Assembly (NCBI GenBank): GCA_965249275.1
Contig: CBDFLQ010000006.1
Span: 736,001-800,000, forward strand
Length of the DNA stretch: 64,000 nucleotides
Direction: 5' to 3'
Origin: Dehalococcoidia bacterium
Lineage (GTDB): Bacteria; Chloroflexota; Dehalococcoidia; Plut-88900
How positions within the stretch are numbered: position 1 is the stretch's first letter; every line of letters begins with the position of its first letter. Of the stretch, positions 37,465 through 48,163 are shown one piece after another. The position numbers and the translations under genes are program-made. The notes beneath the pieces were generated by a model. That model was given only the letters and a program-made list of their open reading frames with translations. It ran no database searches and was not told the DNA's origin.

Positions 37465-39096
37465 TCAAACCGTAAACATCACCAATTCCAGTATTTCATG
37501 GCTTGCAACAGTGCCGATGAACTCACCTGTATTTTTGTCCAGTACCGGTAGCACTGTTAGCGAATTTTCGGTCATTCGCTGGAGAGCATCTTCCACCAAT
37601 TCCTCCGAATTAGCATTGGGCGTAAGTCGGCGCAGCACTCGGCCAAGGTGAGTGTGCCTCCACTCGCTGCGCGGAAGGTAGCGCAACATGCTCAACGACA
37701 CTATGCCAGCGAATTTCCCCTTATCTACAACCACGTAGTCGTTCTGTTGCGGCAGAATCCAACTGTCAACGAACGCTTTTACCGTAAGTGATTGCTCTGG
37801 GTAGCTTCGAGAACGGTCCAGGATATCCTTTATCGTGATGCCCTCCAGGGCAAAGCGATCCAACGAGGGAGGCATTTGTCCCCGGGGGATAACAGTTTCG
37901 GAATGTTTGAGTCTTCCAATTGCAAAACTGATTCCCATGGGGGTCAGAAGGATATATCCGAACATGACTAGTACCAGCAAAGAAAAGACTCCCTTGTCAA
38001 TGGTACCGGTCTGTAGGAGCAAGAGAAGAAGGGCGATTTCGGCCACTCCCTTGGCCATCAGGCCCATGGCAGTGGCGAAGGGAGCATGAAGGCGGGTAAT
38101 GTATACGCTGATAAACGCTGCAACGAATTTGCCGGCTAGAGGCACAAGCGTTAGTGCGAGTACAGTCTCCAAGGGCAGCTCCAGGAAATCCAGGCTCAAA
38201 TGTAGTCCTGCGGAGGCGAAGAACAGGGGAACGAACAACCCTTCGGAGGTACCTTTCATACCCGGCATGATGTCGCGCCGAACCTGGTACGGCAACATGG
38301 AGAGAGCGGCACCAAAAAGCAGAGCACCAAGGGATCCGTGAAGTCCGACCTGCTCGGCCAAGGCCACTACCAAGAAAAGCCCGCCCAGCAACAGCCCAAA
38401 AGAAAGTTGCGGCACTCTTAAGAATCGATGCAACAGAACGATCACCCTGGGCAGCAACTTGGTGGAGACGAACCATGTAGCAACTGCAAATCCGAGAATT
38501 TGCCCCACCAGGGTCAGCACACTGATCCAGTCCAGACCGTGACCGCGTCCCCCAGGGTCAAAGTGTTCGCTTATAGTGAATCCCACAACAAACAAAGCGA
38601 TTAGCTCGGCGATTATTGCAGCGGTGAAGATTTGGACTCCCACAGGCTCTCTCAGTCGGCCTTCATCAATCAACACCCTGGCCACGAGGCCGAGGCTGGA
38701 CAGTGACAGCACGCCAGCCAATCCCAAAGCTTCGGTAAAGTCAAGCCCTAAATGGAGATCAAAAAGGTGATCGCTGGTAACTGCCAGGGACACCAATAGC
38801 GATATGGTCACAGACAATACGGAGGCAAGGAAGAGACGGCCACGAATGGCCGCAAAAAATCCCCTAATGTCCAGCTCCTCCAAGCCTATAAGGAAAAAGA
38901 AGACAAATATACCGATGCCTAAAAAAACTTCGAGACCTGGGCTGGTTTTAACGACTCCGCTTAGGGGACCAAGGACAACTCCAGTAGTTGCATAGGCGAT
39001 GATTGAATTTAGGTTGAACCGTTTGAATAAGCCCTCGAGCAGCTTGGCAGTTACAATGAGGAGCCCAACTGACAAGACGGCATTCTGGAGATCCAA
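37465..39096 (-). CDS. Cation:proton antiporter (CPA2) with C-terminal CBS pair
   Basis: GVVLGP, FLIGLE, PLFFASAGL; LTVLPVLD..GEFIG CBS motif. Confidence 0.88.
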   Translation of the reverse strand: MDLQNAVLSVGLLIVTAKLLEGLFKRFNLNSIIAYATTGVVLGPLSGVVKTSPGLEVFLGIGIFVFFFLIGLEELDIRGFFAAIRGRLFLASVLSVTISLLVSLAVTSDHLFDLHLGLDFTEALGLAGVLSLSSLGLVARVLIDEGRLREPVGVQIFTAAIIAELIALFVVGFTISEHFDPGGRGHGLDWISVLTLVGQILGFAVATWFVSTKLLPRVIVLLHRFLRVPQLSFGLLLGGLFLVVALAEQVGLHGSLGALLFGAALSMLPYQVRRDIMPGMKGTSEGLFVPLFFASAGLHLSLDFLELPLETVLALTLVPLAGKFVAAFISVYITRLHAPFATAMGLMAKGVAEIALLLLLLQTGTIDKGVFSLLVLVMFGYILLTPMGISFAIGRLKHSETVIPRGQMPPSLDRFALEGITIKDILDRSRSYPEQSLTVKAFVDSWILPQQNDYVVVDKGKFAGIVSLSMLRYLPRSEWRHTHLGRVLRRLTPNANSEELVEDALQRMTENSLTVLPVLDKNTGEFIGTVASHEILELVMFTV

Positions 39097-39621
39097 ATTG
39101 AAGGGCCCTTTCTAGCAGCTGTTCCTCTTGGTGGCAGCAGCTAAAACGAAAATGGGAATAGTGAACCTGAGGGTAAAGTCACTAAAGAATAGCATCTTGT
39201 TTTCGTAGTCCCGCGGCAATGAGGGTTCATTCTGCGGTCGACGTATAGTGCGCTTGTGTTAGGGGTATTGTGCAAAAGGGCCTCGGCAGTGTCAATGAGC
39301 TAAAACTTGGTGCATTTGACCGACTCGGGCACAGACTACCAGACAATTCCTAATGAGTTAGGGGCAAAGTTGGCCATGCCGACGGTAGGAGGAAACTCAT
39401 GCTTCTTTGCCCTTAACATTTGATTTTCTGGTTGAGCTTGTGCTTGGGAGACGCTTCTTCATTAATCGTTTCTCATAAGACAAGGATGCGTGCCATAGAT
39501 AGAGCAGGTGCTAGGCAGATGTTTGCATCCGCTCGACCCTTAGATAAGCTCAGTATGAGCGAGGCGGGGCGTGGGTGCTTGGGGATGACGAGGGTATGGA
39601 GTGTGAGTGGGCAAATCCTAG

Positions 39622-40817
39622 GAAACCTCTGAACAAGTCTAAGGGCATAGGTAATAGGTAAGATAGGGAGAGTAAGGCCAAAGCTGAGGTGAGATTTGAT
39701 GGAGCAGCCGACATTTGCAGACTTGGAATACGAGGGCAAGAAGCGAAAGACCCGCCGGGAGATATTTCTGGAGCGGATGGAGGACCTGGTTCCATGGGGA
39801 AAGTTAGAGGAGCGAATCCGGCCCTACTATTCCAGGGCGGGCCGTGGACGGAGGCCCTACGAGTTGTCGGTGATGCTGCGGATACACTGCGTGCAGCTGT
39901 TCTACAACCTGAGCGATCCGGGCATGGAGGACATGCTCTACGAGGTGGAGTCGGTGAGGCGGTTCGCAGGTCTGAGGCTGTCCGGCCCCTTGCCTGACGA
40001 GACTACGATACTGAACTTCCGCCATCTGCTGGAAGAGCAGGAGTTGGGTCGGGGGCTGTTCGAGGAGATCAACCGTCATCTGGAGTCTCGGGGACTGAGG
40101 CTCAGGGAGGGTACGATTGTGGATGCGAGCATCATCGAGGCGCCGGCGTCTACGAAGAACCGTGCTGGAGAGCGAGACCCCGATATGCACCAAGTGAAGA
40201 AGGGGAAGGAGTGGCACTTCGGTATGAAAGTGCACATTGGTGCAGACGCTGACACGGGGGTGGTGCACAGTATGAGTACGACAGCTGCGAACGTGCATGA
40301 CGTGACGGAGGCGCACCGGCTGCTGCATGGAGGGGAGAGGCGAGTGTGGGGAGATGCGGGATATCAGGGAGTGGAGAAGCGGGCGGAGAATCGGGATATG
40401 GATGTGGAGTGGCGGGTGGCGATGAGACCTGGACGGCGTCGGAAACTGAGGGCGGGGAGCTGCGAGGCCTTAGCGGAGAAGAGCAAATCATCCATCAGGG
40501 CTAAGGTGGAGCATCCGTTCCTGTACGTGAAACGGCACTTCGGCTACGCCAAGGTCCGCTACAGGGGCTTGTACAAGAACACGCAACGGGTGGCGATGCT
40601 GCTGGGGCTGGCCAACTTGGTAAGGGCCGAGCGCCACTTAGCGGTGTGACGGAGGAGCAGTGTGGTCAAATCCGGGTCGATGGTGACTGGATGCCCTGAC
40701 AGGCCAGAACATAGGATGCAAATAAGCCACCGAGACGCAACATTACGACCCAACCTCTCCCCAAAACTCCATGCAAGACAACCTAAGCTGGTTTACAGTG
40801 AGTTGTTCAGAGCTTCC
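39622..40817 (+). mobile_element. IS5-family (IS5 group) insertion sequence, 1196 bp, with CTAG target duplication
   Basis: IRs GAAACCTCTGAACAAGTC and GAGTTGTTCAGAGCTTCC; CTAG at 39618-39621 and 40818-40821. Confidence 0.93.
39696..40649 (+). CDS. IS5 family DDE transposase
   Basis: KTRREIFL, LSDPGMED, PDETTILNFRH, VDASII, WHFGMKVHIG, GDAGY, IRAKVEHPF. Confidence 0.96.
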   Translation: MMEQPTFADLEYEGKKRKTRREIFLERMEDLVPWGKLEERIRPYYSRAGRGRRPYELSVMLRIHCVQLFYNLSDPGMEDMLYEVESVRRFAGLRLSGPLPDETTILNFRHLLEEQELGRGLFEEINRHLESRGLRLREGTIVDASIIEAPASTKNRAGERDPDMHQVKKGKEWHFGMKVHIGADADTGVVHSMSTTAANVHDVTEAHRLLHGGERRVWGDAGYQGVEKRAENRDMDVEWRVAMRPGRRRKLRAGSCEALAEKSKSSIRAKVEHPFLYVKRHFGYAKVRYRGLYKNTQRVAMLLGLANLVRAERHLAV

Positions 40818-41056
40818 CTAGATCTCTCGCGGAGCCTCGGGATGACATGCCAGAGGCGGGATGGGGGGCGAGCACAGTAGGCGCTCCTGCGGAGGAATCG
40901 TGGGAGTCTGGATTCCCGTCCTCCAAAGGCGGATTTTCAATGTCTGGGCACGAGAATGACGGAAGGGATGGGATGGGTTGTGATATATTGTTCCCTGGTG
41001 GAGACCATATGTACCCGCGCACATAAGGCTCGACGCCATTCGCCCATGGCAGGTGA

Positions 41057-42571
41057 ATGGTGAGACTCCCGGCGTCCCTCTCCGTTCTGCTGGCAACGAA
41101 ACGACGCCGTCAGGTGTTGCTCGCGCTTGCCGCCGGCCACATTCTGACCCAGATGTCCAGCCTTCCTGTGGCCCTCTCCGTAGGCACCTTGGCCAAGGAG
41201 TTCTCCGTAGGCATCGACGAGGCGGCCTGGATCGTCATCGTCTACCTACTAGCCCTCGGCAGTGGCGCACTCCTCGGGGCCCGGCTCGGTGACAGGTACG
41301 GACACAGTCGCGTTTACGTCCTTGGCGTCGTCGCCTCGACCCTTGGTGCGGGACTGATAGTTGTCGCGCAAAGCCTTTGGGAGGTCATGGCGTTCAGGGC
41401 GGTTTCGGGCGTCGGGGCGGCGCTGATGATTGGAAACGCCAACGCCATACTGGCCTCAGCCTTTCCAATCAATGAGAGAGGCCGCGCATTTGCGGTTCCA
41501 ATCATGGGCTCCCGCCTGGGCACCCTGCTGGGCCTAGCCAGCTTCGGCCTTTCCCTACAATTCGCCACCTGGCGCATCGCCTTCGCCACTTTCCTACCCA
41601 TCGGCATTCTCGCTGTTGTCGCCTCACTTGGCCTCATCCGGGGTTCCCAGACCGAAGTCGAAGACAAAGAGAAGCGCGATACGGGCCCTATCGACTTCAT
41701 TGGCGCCGGATTTATCGTTGCGAGCGCGTCCGTCCTGATTCTCTCCACGAACCACCTGCACGGGGGCGAGGAGTCGTTCACTTCTTCCGAGGCTCTCACC
41801 TACCACCTCCCCATGCAATTCCTGTTCCTGGGTCTCGTTGTCATATTCGCCTTCGTCGAGCACAAGGTCCGAAACCCGATCGTCGATTTCCGCCACTTCC
41901 AGCAAAAGTACTTCACACTTTCCCTAGTCTCCAACACGGCTTTCCACTTCTCCATGCTCGCCGCCATGACCCTCGTCCCGATACTCATGGAGCAGGGTTT
42001 CGGCCTCTCACCCATCTTCGTGATGATCGTCCTCATACCGAACCAGGGGGTCGGGCTGTTCATGCCCATGGTCGCCGGCTGGCTCTACGATAAGCACGGG
42101 TCCCGACTCTTCCGCCCCGCGGCCATGGCAACCATAGCCTTAGGGTTCCTTGCATTGGGACTGCTGGCCCCCAACATCACCTGGTGGATCGTGCCCTTCC
42201 TCATGCTGCCAATCACCATGGGCACAGCCATATTCAACCCGATCAACAATGCGACGGTTATGAGCGCCCTGCCCCTGGAGCACAGGGGTATAGCATCCGG
42301 CCTGCTGGAGACCACCCGCGAGATCGGCCATGCCCTTGGGGCGACGGCCTCCGCGACTGCCCTGTCGATGTTCATACCCGCCCTGGTCAACGACCTCACC
42401 GAGGCTCAGGCCCAGGCCCATTACTTCGACGGCTTCCGGGTCGCCACCCTCATGGTCATGGGCGTCCTCTTCTTCGGAGCAGTAGTCGCCACCTTCCACA
42501 AGACGAGGCGCCAGCCGGGGGTGCTTACGCCTTCGCAGGCGCCGTCGCCATCGGCGTCGCCTACGTCTTAA
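41057..42571 (+). CDS. MFS transporter, DHA2-like (14 TM)
   Basis: ARLGDRYG, ERGRAF, GPIDFIGA, RGIASG. Confidence 0.88.
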   Translation: MVRLPASLSVLLATKRRRQVLLALAAGHILTQMSSLPVALSVGTLAKEFSVGIDEAAWIVIVYLLALGSGALLGARLGDRYGHSRVYVLGVVASTLGAGLIVVAQSLWEVMAFRAVSGVGAALMIGNANAILASAFPINERGRAFAVPIMGSRLGTLLGLASFGLSLQFATWRIAFATFLPIGILAVVASLGLIRGSQTEVEDKEKRDTGPIDFIGAGFIVASASVLILSTNHLHGGEESFTSSEALTYHLPMQFLFLGLVVIFAFVEHKVRNPIVDFRHFQQKYFTLSLVSNTAFHFSMLAAMTLVPILMEQGFGLSPIFVMIVLIPNQGVGLFMPMVAGWLYDKHGSRLFRPAAMATIALGFLALGLLAPNITWWIVPFLMLPITMGTAIFNPINNATVMSALPLEHRGIASGLLETTREIGHALGATASATALSMFIPALVNDLTEAQAQAHYFDGFRVATLMVMGVLFFGAVVATFHKTRRQPGVLTPSQAPSPSASPTS

Positions 42572-42659
42572 CGGGAGGTCGATTCTCGTAAAGCCACGTC
42601 CATTCGATGTATAATCTGCTAGTCACGAGAAGCAGCCGAAGCCGGCAGGGAGCACTATC

Positions 42660-43781
42660 ATGCGAGAGATATTCGAGGAAGTCGGCGGCCTGATTAAGAA
42701 GAGCAAGCCCTTTGCGCTGGCCACGGTAGTCAGAACCAAGGGGTCCACGCCCCAGAAGCCCGGGGCCAAGATGCTGGTGCGGGAGGACGGGTCCTTCGCG
42801 GGGACCCTCGGGGGCGGCTGCATAGAGGCGGACGCATACACCGCATCCAAGTTGGCCATGGTCGAGAACACCCCCGCAGATGTTCAGGGTTTCACCCTGA
42901 ACGACGACCTAGCGGCACAGGACGGCCTGGTCTGCGGCGGCACCATGTACATCATGATCGACCAGCCCCAGAAGGACCCTTTGTTCGACGCCTACACGCG
43001 TGAGATAAACGCGGCTTATCGGGGCGAGGGTGGGGTCGCACTGGCGACCGTCACGCAGAAGGGCGCGCTCTCGGGGCCGGTGGGGACGAAGCTGCTCATC
43101 CGGGAGGACGGGTCCAGGGTAGGCTCCCTGGGAGAAACCTCGCTGGACGACGCAGCGTCGGAAGTCGGCAACAAGGCCATGGACTTCGGTCGGCAGGAAT
43201 TCATCTCGTCAAAGGACGGGACGGAGATATACGTGGAAGCTTTCACCAGTCCTGCCACCGTTGTGCTGGTCGGGGGTGGTCACGTCTCAAATTCCATCTA
43301 TAAACTTGCGACGTTCCTCGGGTATCGGACCCGGATAGTCGACGACCGGCAAGAGTTCGCCAATCCCGAACGGTTCCCGGACGCCGACGCCCTGGTCGTA
43401 GACGACTACGACTCCGGGATCAGGCGTATCGGCATAACGGCCAACTCCTTCGTGGTGGTGGCGACTCGAGGGCACAAGTACGACGACATGGCCCTGCTGG
43501 AGGCGGCTAGGTCTCAGGCCAAGTTCATCGGGCTGCTGGGCAGCAGGCGAAAGGCGCTCCTGATTTTCCCGACTTTGCTCTCATCCGGCGTGCCGCTGGA
43601 GAGGGTAAGCGAAATCCGCACACCCGTTGGTCTAAACCTCGGGGGGCGGACGCCGGAGTCGATAGCCCTGAGCGTCATGGCGGAGATCGAGATGGTGAGG
43701 CACGGCGGGGACGGCTCTTCGATGAAGATGGAGGAGAAGCTGGTACTCAAGGCACGGGAGAAGGCCGGGGTTCCGGCGTAG
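42660..43781 (+). CDS. XdhC/CoxI family molybdoenzyme maturation factor
   Basis: GSTPQKPGAKM, GTLGGGCIEA, CGGTM, GGGHVS, TRGHKYD, GLLGSRRK, TPESIALS. Confidence 0.92.
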   Translation: MREIFEEVGGLIKKSKPFALATVVRTKGSTPQKPGAKMLVREDGSFAGTLGGGCIEADAYTASKLAMVENTPADVQGFTLNDDLAAQDGLVCGGTMYIMIDQPQKDPLFDAYTREINAAYRGEGGVALATVTQKGALSGPVGTKLLIREDGSRVGSLGETSLDDAASEVGNKAMDFGRQEFISSKDGTEIYVEAFTSPATVVLVGGGHVSNSIYKLATFLGYRTRIVDDRQEFANPERFPDADALVVDDYDSGIRRIGITANSFVVVATRGHKYDDMALLEAARSQAKFIGLLGSRRKALLIFPTLLSSGVPLERVSEIRTPVGLNLGGRTPESIALSVMAEIEMVRHGGDGSSMKMEEKLVLKAREKAGVPA

Positions 43782-43851
43782 AGCGCTTGCCGGGGCCATG
43801 TTAGTCGGGCCTGACTCGACTTTCTAGTGACTGAGCGTGCAGGACAGTGTT

Positions 43852-43937
43852 CACCCTCACCCTAGCCCTCTCCCATCGAGGGAGAGGGGACAGGACGCCG
43901 CCCCCCGCTCATACTTCGACGGGCTCAGCACGAGCGG
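43852..43937. repeat. Composite of two REP-like palindrome families (A: CCCTCACCCTAGCCCTCTCCC..GGGAGAGGG; B: CCGCTCATACTTCGACGGGCTCAGCACGAGCGG)
   Basis: Family A also at ~49138, 51916, 55718, 57706; family B also at ~37370, 39529, 47849, 49250. Confidence 0.8.
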
Positions 43938-44010
43938 CCCAAACCCCTCCAGCATAGGTAATACAACAGCCATGTCGAGGGAGAGGGAATAGGACTCCAG
44001 ACGCGGGCGA

Positions 44011-44637
44011 ATGTCCACAAACTCACCTCCTGACACCGGTGTCACAGCAATTCTTTTGGCCGCGGGACTTTCCACGCGAATGGGTCAGCCCAAGGCCTTG
44101 CTCCCTTGGATGGGGACGACGTTAGTCGAATATCAGTTGGAGCAGATGGCGGCGAGCCGCGTGTCCTGTGTGGTACTGGTTGTCGGGCATGAGGCGGAGG
44201 CTGTCAGGGTACGGGTGGCGGGGAGAAGGGGCGTTAGAGTTGTGGAGAACCGAGACTACCGGCAGGGGCGGGCTTCGTCGGTGGTGGCTGGAGTGAGGGA
44301 AGCCGCAATCAACTCCAAGGCACTACTGTTACTGAACGTGGACCAGCCTCGGCCCTCGTGGTTAATTGATGAGGTAGTCAATGCACATCTTCGCGGAGGA
44401 GCAAAGATCACGATACCCGTGCACAAGGGCCGCAGGGGCCACCCAACGGTCTTCGACGGCAGCTTAAGGCACGAGATGCTGGGGATCATTGAGGAAGGGT
44501 TGGGGCTGAAGCAGGTAGTGAGGCAGGACGGGGGTCGGGTGGGGAACGTGGAGGTGTCGTCATCGCTCATCTACCTGGATATGAACACCCGGGAACAGTA
44601 TGAGATGGCGTTGGGGAGGGAGGCGGAGTTTCGATGA
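44011..44637 (+). CDS. MocA/MobA-like molybdenum cofactor nucleotidyltransferase
   Basis: LLAAGLSTRMGQPKALL, VDQP, GHP, DMNT. Confidence 0.88.
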   Translation: MSTNSPPDTGVTAILLAAGLSTRMGQPKALLPWMGTTLVEYQLEQMAASRVSCVVLVVGHEAEAVRVRVAGRRGVRVVENRDYRQGRASSVVAGVREAAINSKALLLLNVDQPRPSWLIDEVVNAHLRGGAKITIPVHKGRRGHPTVFDGSLRHEMLGIIEEGLGLKQVVRQDGGRVGNVEVSSSLIYLDMNTREQYEMALGREAEFR

Positions 44638-44648
44638 CTCGGGTCTGC

Positions 44649-44677
44649 TTGACAACCTATGAGTGCGAGCCTATGTT
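44649..44677 (+). promoter_or_regulatory. sigma70-type promoter
   Basis: TTGACA-N17-TATGTT, followed by AGGAGG RBS. Confidence 0.65.
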
Positions 44678-44721
44678 AGCCGCGTTCCCGTACGGCGGCT
44701 TTTTCAGGAGGTAAACGGCCC

Positions 44722-45924
44722 ATGATGGCATTAGAAGGCCTACTAATAATCGACATGACCATATGGCAGCACGGGCCGGTGTCCACGGCGATGCTGGCAG
44801 ACATGGGCGCCGAGGTGATAAAGGTGGAAGAGAGGGTGTCGGGTGACCCGGGGCGGTACCTGTCGACCTGGAATTTCGGGAAGAACTCGGGGACCGATCT
44901 GAATTACTACTTCGAGAACAACAACCGGAATAAGAAGAGCCTGGCCATCGACCTGAAGACCCCCGAAGGCAAAGAGGTGATGATCCGGCTGATCAAGAAG
45001 GCCGATGCATTCGTGTCCAACTTCCGAGAGCCCTCTCTAAAGAGGTTGGGGTTCGATTACGAGTCGGTGCATGCAATCAATCCGAAGCTAGTGTACTCGG
45101 CGGGGTACGGATTCGGGCCAAAGGGGCCGGACTCGGCGAGGCCGTCGGCGGACCTGGCGGCGCAGGCCCGGGGCGGAATCATGAGCCAGATCCAGACCTC
45201 GGCGCCTATGCAAGTGTGGGGAGGCATGGCCGACCAGACCGGAGCATTCATGCTGTGCCTGGGCACTACTATGGGCCTGCTTACCCGGGAGCGCACGGGC
45301 ATCGGGCAGAAGGTAGAGGAGTCGTTGTTCGGGACCCAGCTGGCAGTGGGTGCATTGATGGCCCAGGGAACGCTGTTCTCAGGGAATGTGCCCAGCGAAT
45401 ACCGGCGTCGGGCGCTGAGCCCCTTCTGGAACGTCTACAAGACGAAGGATGAAAAATGGCTGTGCCTCTCCGTGCTGGACATGGAACGGGACTGGGAAGC
45501 CACGTGTCGGGCCCTGGACCTGGAATGGATGATGGAGGATCCGCGGTTTATATCGGGGCAGGACAGGGTCTTTGGCCACAGCGATACGTTAATAGGCATA
45601 CTGGAAGAGACCTTCGCCAAGAAGACCCGGGAAGAGTGGCGGGAAATCCTGGACGCCACCGACGTCATCTGGGCCCCGGTACAGGACTACATGGAGGCCC
45701 TTTCGGACGAACAGGCAATCGCCAATGACTACGTGGTGGAGATAGACCACCCGAACGCCGGAAAGGTCAAAATGCTGGGTCTGCCCATTCAGTTCAGTGA
45801 GACTCCCGGCAAGGTGAGGAGTGGCGCCCCGGAGCTGGGGCAGCACACCGAGGAGTTGCTGACGGAGCTACTGGACTACTCGTGGGACGAGGTCATCGGC
45901 CTGAAGGACAAGCAGGTCATCTAG
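44722..45924 (+). CDS. Family III CoA-transferase (CaiB/BaiF)
   Basis: LADMGAEVIKVE, NRNKKSLAIDLK, GFGPKGP, APELGQHT. Confidence 0.94.
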   Translation: MMALEGLLIIDMTIWQHGPVSTAMLADMGAEVIKVEERVSGDPGRYLSTWNFGKNSGTDLNYYFENNNRNKKSLAIDLKTPEGKEVMIRLIKKADAFVSNFREPSLKRLGFDYESVHAINPKLVYSAGYGFGPKGPDSARPSADLAAQARGGIMSQIQTSAPMQVWGGMADQTGAFMLCLGTTMGLLTRERTGIGQKVEESLFGTQLAVGALMAQGTLFSGNVPSEYRRRALSPFWNVYKTKDEKWLCLSVLDMERDWEATCRALDLEWMMEDPRFISGQDRVFGHSDTLIGILEETFAKKTREEWREILDATDVIWAPVQDYMEALSDEQAIANDYVVEIDHPNAGKVKMLGLPIQFSETPGKVRSGAPELGQHTEELLTELLDYSWDEVIGLKDKQVI

Positions 45925-45938
45925 GGCCGGGTGGCGTT

Positions 45939-46589
45939 TTGAGCAGCGAGGGCGGCGACACCGTGCCCAACATGCGTCTGTATGAGGTGTACGCGTCTCG
46001 GGACATCGGGGAGGTGGGGCGGAAGTACGATGCGTGGGCAGAAGACTACGATAACGACATCACGGGGGATTACGGATGGCCGGCCCCAGGTCACATGGCC
46101 GATGTCTGCAGCCGCTACGCAACCCGTGATTCTCTGCTCCTAGACGCGGGCGCAGGGACCGGACTTACAGGCGCAACACTTCGGCGGGCAGGGTTTCAGA
46201 ACATCGTTGGGATAGACCTGTCGGCGGGGATGCTGGAAGTAGCGAAGGGCAAGTCTGTTTACAGCGGGCTTTACAAGATGAAACTCGGAGATCCGTTGGC
46301 CTTCGAAGATGGGGCATTCGACGCCGTGGTCAGTGTGGGCGCATTGACCATTAGCCACGCCTCCGCCGACTCCCTGGACGAACTGGTCCGGGTCACGAGA
46401 TCCGGAGGACATCTAATGTACACCCTGCGGCCCGACTACTATCGGGACTCGGACTTCCCGCAGAAGCATGCCGAGTTAGAGCAGGCGGGACGATGGCGGT
46501 TTGTGGAGGTGACTGAGCCTTTTGCGGCCATCCCTTTGCGGGAGCCTGACGTAGATTTTCAGATATGGGTATTCGAGGCATTGGGTTGA
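45939..46589 (+). CDS. Class I SAM-dependent methyltransferase
   Basis: YDAWAEDYD, LLDAGAGTG, GIDLSAGML; start uncertain. Confidence 0.85.
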   Translation: MSSEGGDTVPNMRLYEVYASRDIGEVGRKYDAWAEDYDNDITGDYGWPAPGHMADVCSRYATRDSLLLDAGAGTGLTGATLRRAGFQNIVGIDLSAGMLEVAKGKSVYSGLYKMKLGDPLAFEDGAFDAVVSVGALTISHASADSLDELVRVTRSGGHLMYTLRPDYYRDSDFPQKHAELEQAGRWRFVEVTEPFAAIPLREPDVDFQIWVFEALG

Positions 46590-47798
46590 GTGGCAGACGC
46601 TAGCTACAAATACATAGTCATAGGAAAAGGGATGATCGGGTCGGCGGCGGCGCGGCACCTGGCGGAGCGGACGGAAGGGGTGGCGCTGATAGGCCCCGAC
46701 GAGCCTCGGGACCCGTCAAGTCACGACGGTGTGTTCGGGGACCACTACGACGAGGGTCGGATAACACGGATTCTAGATCCGCATCTTGTTTGGGCAAAGC
46801 TGGCCCGGGAGTCGATCAGGCGGTATCGAGACATGGAATCTCGATCTGGCATACCGTTCTACCACGAGGTCGGGCAGCTGTCCGTGGGGCCGCTTGACCG
46901 GGCAGTCTCCGAATACGTGCCCAATTCCGAGCAGGTAATGCTCGACCTTAACGAAGGGTTTGAGAAACTGGGGCCGGAGACCCTAGAGTCACGGTTTCCG
47001 AAGCTCAGTTTCGAGTCACAATGCTCGGGGTTGTACCAGTCATCCGATGCCGGACACATAAGTGCCCGCGGCATCGTGGAGGCGGAGACGGCCCTGGCCA
47101 AGGGGCACGGCGCCGACGTTATCAGCGAGGAGGCGGTCTCGGCGGAGAGTGGGGCGGGCGGGGTTGAGGTGAGGACGTCGGGGGGCGGGGTATACCGGTC
47201 GGACAGGGTTTTGGTGGCAGCGGGGGGATTCACGAGGGACTCGGGGCTGGTGCCACGGACGCTGGATGTAGACGTGCTGGCAGTCAACGTGGTCTACATC
47301 GAGCTTACGGAGTCGGAGGCGGGAGACCTGTCGGACCTGCCCAGCATGATCTACATGACCGGCCGACCCAACGATAGCAGCTACATCGTCCCACCCGTGC
47401 AGTACAGGGACGGTAAGTACCGGATGAAGATCGGGGGGTCAGAAGGGCACGGGAGCCTGGGGAGCATGGAGGCGATCAAGGCGTGGTTCAGGGGGTCGGG
47501 CACACCTGCCGAGAGAGACCGCTTGTGGGACAAGATTCAGGCCACGATCCCACGGCTACAGTCCGTGCCAGACGAGCGCGTGACTCTGGGTACGTGCGCC
47601 GTGAGCAAGACGCCTACGGAGCTGCCCTACATAGATATGGTAGACGAGCGCATAGGCGTGGCAACGGGCGGCAACGGACTTGCGGCGAAGTCGGGGGACG
47701 AGATCGGGAGGCTGGGTGCGCTGACGCTGCTCGAGGCGACGTGGGACTCGGACCTGGACCCGGGCCTGTTCGGGGCCAAGGTGAGGACTCGGGCGTAG
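46590..47798 (+). CDS. FAD-dependent oxidoreductase (sarcosine oxidase/DAO-like)
   Basis: IVIGKGMIGSAAA, HYDEGRITR, GGNGLAAKSGDEIG. Confidence 0.87.
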   Translation: MADASYKYIVIGKGMIGSAAARHLAERTEGVALIGPDEPRDPSSHDGVFGDHYDEGRITRILDPHLVWAKLARESIRRYRDMESRSGIPFYHEVGQLSVGPLDRAVSEYVPNSEQVMLDLNEGFEKLGPETLESRFPKLSFESQCSGLYQSSDAGHISARGIVEAETALAKGHGADVISEEAVSAESGAGGVEVRTSGGGVYRSDRVLVAAGGFTRDSGLVPRTLDVDVLAVNVVYIELTESEAGDLSDLPSMIYMTGRPNDSSYIVPPVQYRDGKYRMKIGGSEGHGSLGSMEAIKAWFRGSGTPAERDRLWDKIQATIPRLQSVPDERVTLGTCAVSKTPTELPYIDMVDERIGVATGGNGLAAKSGDEIGRLGALTLLEATWDSDLDPGLFGAKVRTRA

Positions 47799-48163
47799 GA
47801 GTCCAGCCTGGGACCATCCTGCCGTTTGCTCCGCCGTGGGCCGCCCCTCGCTCATACTTCGAGAGCCTCAGCACGAGCCGCCCTACCCAGAGGAGCCACC
47901 GAGATTTAACCCTACAGGGAGTACCCCTACCTCGCACTACCCCTGGATTCACGCGATGGCGCACCTTCGGCCTGCCTCCGCAGGAAAGACGGTCATACGG
48001 GGTTATTTGAATGGGACAAGGGATTCAGAGCCCTACCGCACTCCTTCAGCCTGCACAGGGCTGGCTCCAGTCTTCTCCCTTGACGGGAAAGGGGACAAGA
48101 CGCCCATCGCTCATACTTTGAGGACCTCCCGCCAGGGGCGGACCTTCGACAGGAATGGCGGAG